Shown here: positions 61,568-64,000 of the stretch, piece after piece
Position numbering within the stretch: position 1 is the first letter of the stretch
Layout: the number at the start of each line of letters is the position of its first letter
Source of the DNA: a bacterium
Lineage (GTDB): Bacteria; Patescibacteriota; Patescibacteriia; SG8-24
Assembly: GCA_043825985.1 (NCBI GenBank)
Contig: JBDRRB010000062.1
Location: 1,245 to 65,244, forward strand
DNA length: 64,000 nucleotides
Direction of reading: 5' to 3'
The notes under the pieces: model-generated
The model's input: the letters and a program-made list of their open reading frames with translations, nothing else
Databases searched by the model: none
Told to the model about the DNA's origin: nothing
Made by a program: the position numbers and the translations under genes

Positions 61568-62543
61568 ACTCGATCTCCTCCAGGAGGTTCACCCGGCCCT
61601 GCGTCATGCCGCGCACTCGCGACTTGACGAGTGCGATCAGCTCGATCACCTCTTCCGCCGTGGCCTGTCCGTCGTTCTCGAAGAAGTTGGCGTGCCGCTC
61701 GGACACCCTGACGTGCCCGACCGCCGTCCCCTTCATCTGCGCCCGGTCGAGCAGCCAGCCGACCGGCACCGTTCCCGTCTCGGTGACCGGAACGGTCTCG
61801 TCCGAACCGAGATCCAGCCAGTGCCGAAGCTCGTCGATCTCCTCCGACGACTCGGGCCGCCAGTTCCTGAAGATGCAGCCGGCCGTCGAACGGTCAATCG
61901 GCTGGGACTGCCGCTTGGCGTCCAGGATCTCCTTGAGGCGTTCGTGTCCGGCCGCCGGATCGTCGGCCCGCTTCAGCGACAGCACGGCGGACAGGATGAT
62001 CCAGCCCGGTTCGGACTTGAAGACGCTCTGACGGTAGCCGAATCCGCAGCCATCGCGGTCCAGCTCGACCGCCTGCCCGTCGCGCAGGCAACGGACTGAA
62101 CGGATCGAGTCGCCGGTCGACCCGCCGAAGCAGCCGGCGTTGCCCCGAACCGCCCCGCCGAACGTCCCGGGCAGCCCGATCGCCCACTCGAATCCGGTCA
62201 GGCCGGCCTCGGTCGTCCTGAGGGCCACCTGAGCGACCGGAATTCCGGCCTCGACCATGACCTGCGAACCCTCTATCTCCAGGCCCCGGTTGGCCATCTT
62301 AATGACGAGTCCGCGAAAGCCCTGATCCGAGACCAGCACGTTCGAACCGCCGCCCAATATATAATATGGAAGGTTCAATTCGGCCGCGGCCCGAACCGCC
62401 GTCGCCGCCAGCTCGCCCGTCGGAGCGGCAAAAAAGTAGTCGGCCGGACCGCCGATACGGTAAGTGGTGTGACGCGCCAGCGGCTCATCCGGAACGACTT
62501 CCGGCGAAATCCGCTGCCGCAGTTGGGTCAGCAGGTCGGTCAT
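61554..62543 (-). CDS. murB: UDP-N-acetylenolpyruvoylglucosamine reductase
   Basis: TTYRIGGPA, GGGSNVL, PGTFGGA..GNAG, HANF. Confidence 0.95.
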   Translation of the reverse strand: MTDLLTQLRQRISPEVVPDEPLARHTTYRIGGPADYFFAAPTGELAATAVRAAAELNLPYYILGGGSNVLVSDQGFRGLVIKMANRGLEIEGSQVMVEAGIPVAQVALRTTEAGLTGFEWAIGLPGTFGGAVRGNAGCFGGSTGDSIRSVRCLRDGQAVELDRDGCGFGYRQSVFKSEPGWIILSAVLSLKRADDPAAGHERLKEILDAKRQSQPIDRSTAGCIFRNWRPESSEEIDELRHWLDLGSDETVPVTETGTVPVGWLLDRAQMKGTAVGHVRVSERHANFFENDGQATAEEVIELIALVKSRVRGMTQGRVNLLEEIEYVGF

Positions 62544-62545
62544 GC

Positions 62546-63982
62546 TCAGCTGGGCTTATCTGTCTTCTGGCTATCCGAGTCCGGTCCGCCGCCGGCCAGC
62601 CGCCGGGCCAGCTGGTCCACGTCGCCCGCTCCCAGGACCAGGGTCACGGCCCCCGGCGCGAGGACGGCGTGAATGGCGGCGAAACCCTCGTCGAGCGATG
62701 CGGCGTACTTCAGCTGCCGCTCGACGCCGCGCGAGTGGTCATGCTCGATCACCGCCTCCAGCAGGTCACGCGAGCTGATGCCCGCGTCCTCCGCCTCCTC
62801 CCGGCCGATGACGTCGTAGATCTCGAGCAGCACCACCGAGTCGGCCCCGTCGAAGGAACGCACGAACCGGTCGAACAGGTTGCGCGTCCGGTTGCGGTGG
62901 TGCGGCTGGAAGACCAGCACGATCTTGCGGTCGGGATAGAACTCGCGCGCCGCGGCGATCGTCCCCTCGACCGCGGTCGGATGATGGCCGTAGTCGGATA
63001 CGACCGGTCCGCCGTACGGCTCCCCCACTATCTCGAACCGCCGCCAGATGCCGGCATACTCCGACAGCGCCTTGCGGACGGACTCGAACGGCGCCCCGAA
63101 CTCCAGCGCCGTCACCGCCGCCGTCGCCGCGTTCTCGACGTTGAACCGGCCGGGCACGTGCAGCTCGATCTCGCCCAGGTCCTGCTCGCCCTTCATCAGG
63201 TGGAAGGTCTGGAGTCCGTCGCCGAGCTTGACCTGTCCGATCAGGTAGTCCACCCCGTCGCCCGAGCCGAAGCGCACCGTCCGTCCGCTCCAGGACAGCG
63301 CCCCGGCGCCGTCCGAGTCGTTGGCGTTCAGCACGACCAGCCCGTCCTGGCGCACCTGGTCCAGGAACTGGCCGAAGGAGTCCATGATGTGCTGACGGTC
63401 GGTGAAGTAGTCCAGATGGTCCTCCTCGACGTTGGTGACGATCGCCGCCGCCGGACTGAAGTTCAGGAAATGATCCTGGTACTCGCAGGCCTCGACGATC
63501 AGCAGGTTGCTGCCGCCCAACCTAAGATTCCCGCCGTCGAACGACGGCACCTTGGTGCCGACGATGACCGTCGGGTCGAAACCGGCCTCGATCATGATCA
63601 GTCCGAGCATGGCTGTCGTGGTGCTCTTGCCGTTCGTCCCGGCCACGGCCACGGTCCGCTTGCCGCGGGCGTACTCGCCCAGGAACTCGAAGTAGGACAG
63701 GTTGCGCAGCTTGCGCCGCCGGGCCTCGGCCAGCTCCGGATTGTCGTCCGGCACGGCGCTCGTCCTGACCACCAGGTCGACGTCGGCCGGCAGGTTCTCC
63801 GCCGCATGCCCGATCGTCACCTTGGCGCCGACCCGCCGCAGCACGTCCACCACGCCGCTCTCGGCGAAGTCCGACCCGCTCACTTCGACCCCGGAAGCCA
63901 AAAGAAGGCGGGCCACGGCCGATACGCCGATGCCGCCGATGCCGATGATGTGCGCCTTCTTCACGTCCTTGATCCAGTCCAT
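62546..63982 (-). CDS. murC: UDP-N-acetylmuramate--L-alanine ligase
   Basis: IGIGGIGVS, GTNGKSTTT, DHLDY, DYGHHP, FQPH. Confidence 0.95.
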   Translation of the reverse strand: MDWIKDVKKAHIIGIGGIGVSAVARLLLASGVEVSGSDFAESGVVDVLRRVGAKVTIGHAAENLPADVDLVVRTSAVPDDNPELAEARRRKLRNLSYFEFLGEYARGKRTVAVAGTNGKSTTTAMLGLIMIEAGFDPTVIVGTKVPSFDGGNLRLGGSNLLIVEACEYQDHFLNFSPAAAIVTNVEEDHLDYFTDRQHIMDSFGQFLDQVRQDGLVVLNANDSDGAGALSWSGRTVRFGSGDGVDYLIGQVKLGDGLQTFHLMKGEQDLGEIELHVPGRFNVENAATAAVTALEFGAPFESVRKALSEYAGIWRRFEIVGEPYGGPVVSDYGHHPTAVEGTIAAAREFYPDRKIVLVFQPHHRNRTRNLFDRFVRSFDGADSVVLLEIYDVIGREEAEDAGISSRDLLEAVIEHDHSRGVERQLKYAASLDEGFAAIHAVLAPGAVTLVLGAGDVDQLARRLAGGGPDSDSQKTDKPS

Positions 63983-64000
63983 ATCCTCAAGCTGAATTAT

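Overview
High-GC bacterial chromosome segment using genetic code 11. Gene content and order strongly suggest Patescibacteria/CPR (Parcubacteria/ABY1-like; inference). The backbone is housekeeping: a UvrD-PD-(D/E)XK helicase-nuclease, mreBCD-mrdA, greA-lysS, serS-alr, ftsQ-like, dsbA-like, gltX, clpB with a CIRCE operator, lexA, priA-def-fmt, a surface-glycan operon, the infA-to-rpsI alpha operon, alaS, mnmA, a VirB4/TraD-like ATPase pair, secDF, secA, hpf and murBC. No rRNA, tRNA, CRISPR array or transposase was recognised. The most interesting signals are: (1) a complete Ser-rich leader-peptide attenuator upstream of serS; (2) a nine-gene cluster of nucleotide-sanitising/salvage enzymes between secA and secD; (3) SecD with two parvulin PPIase domains inserted in its extracytoplasmic loop; (4) an unassigned ~124-nt hairpin RNA; (5) an AT-rich HEPN-motif orphan next to dRS3/RPE-like nested palindromes; (6) a small hydrophobic peptide in a highly structured region; (7) a small gene interrupted by an in-frame amber codon. 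All calls come from reading motifs by eye; no searches or folding programs were run.
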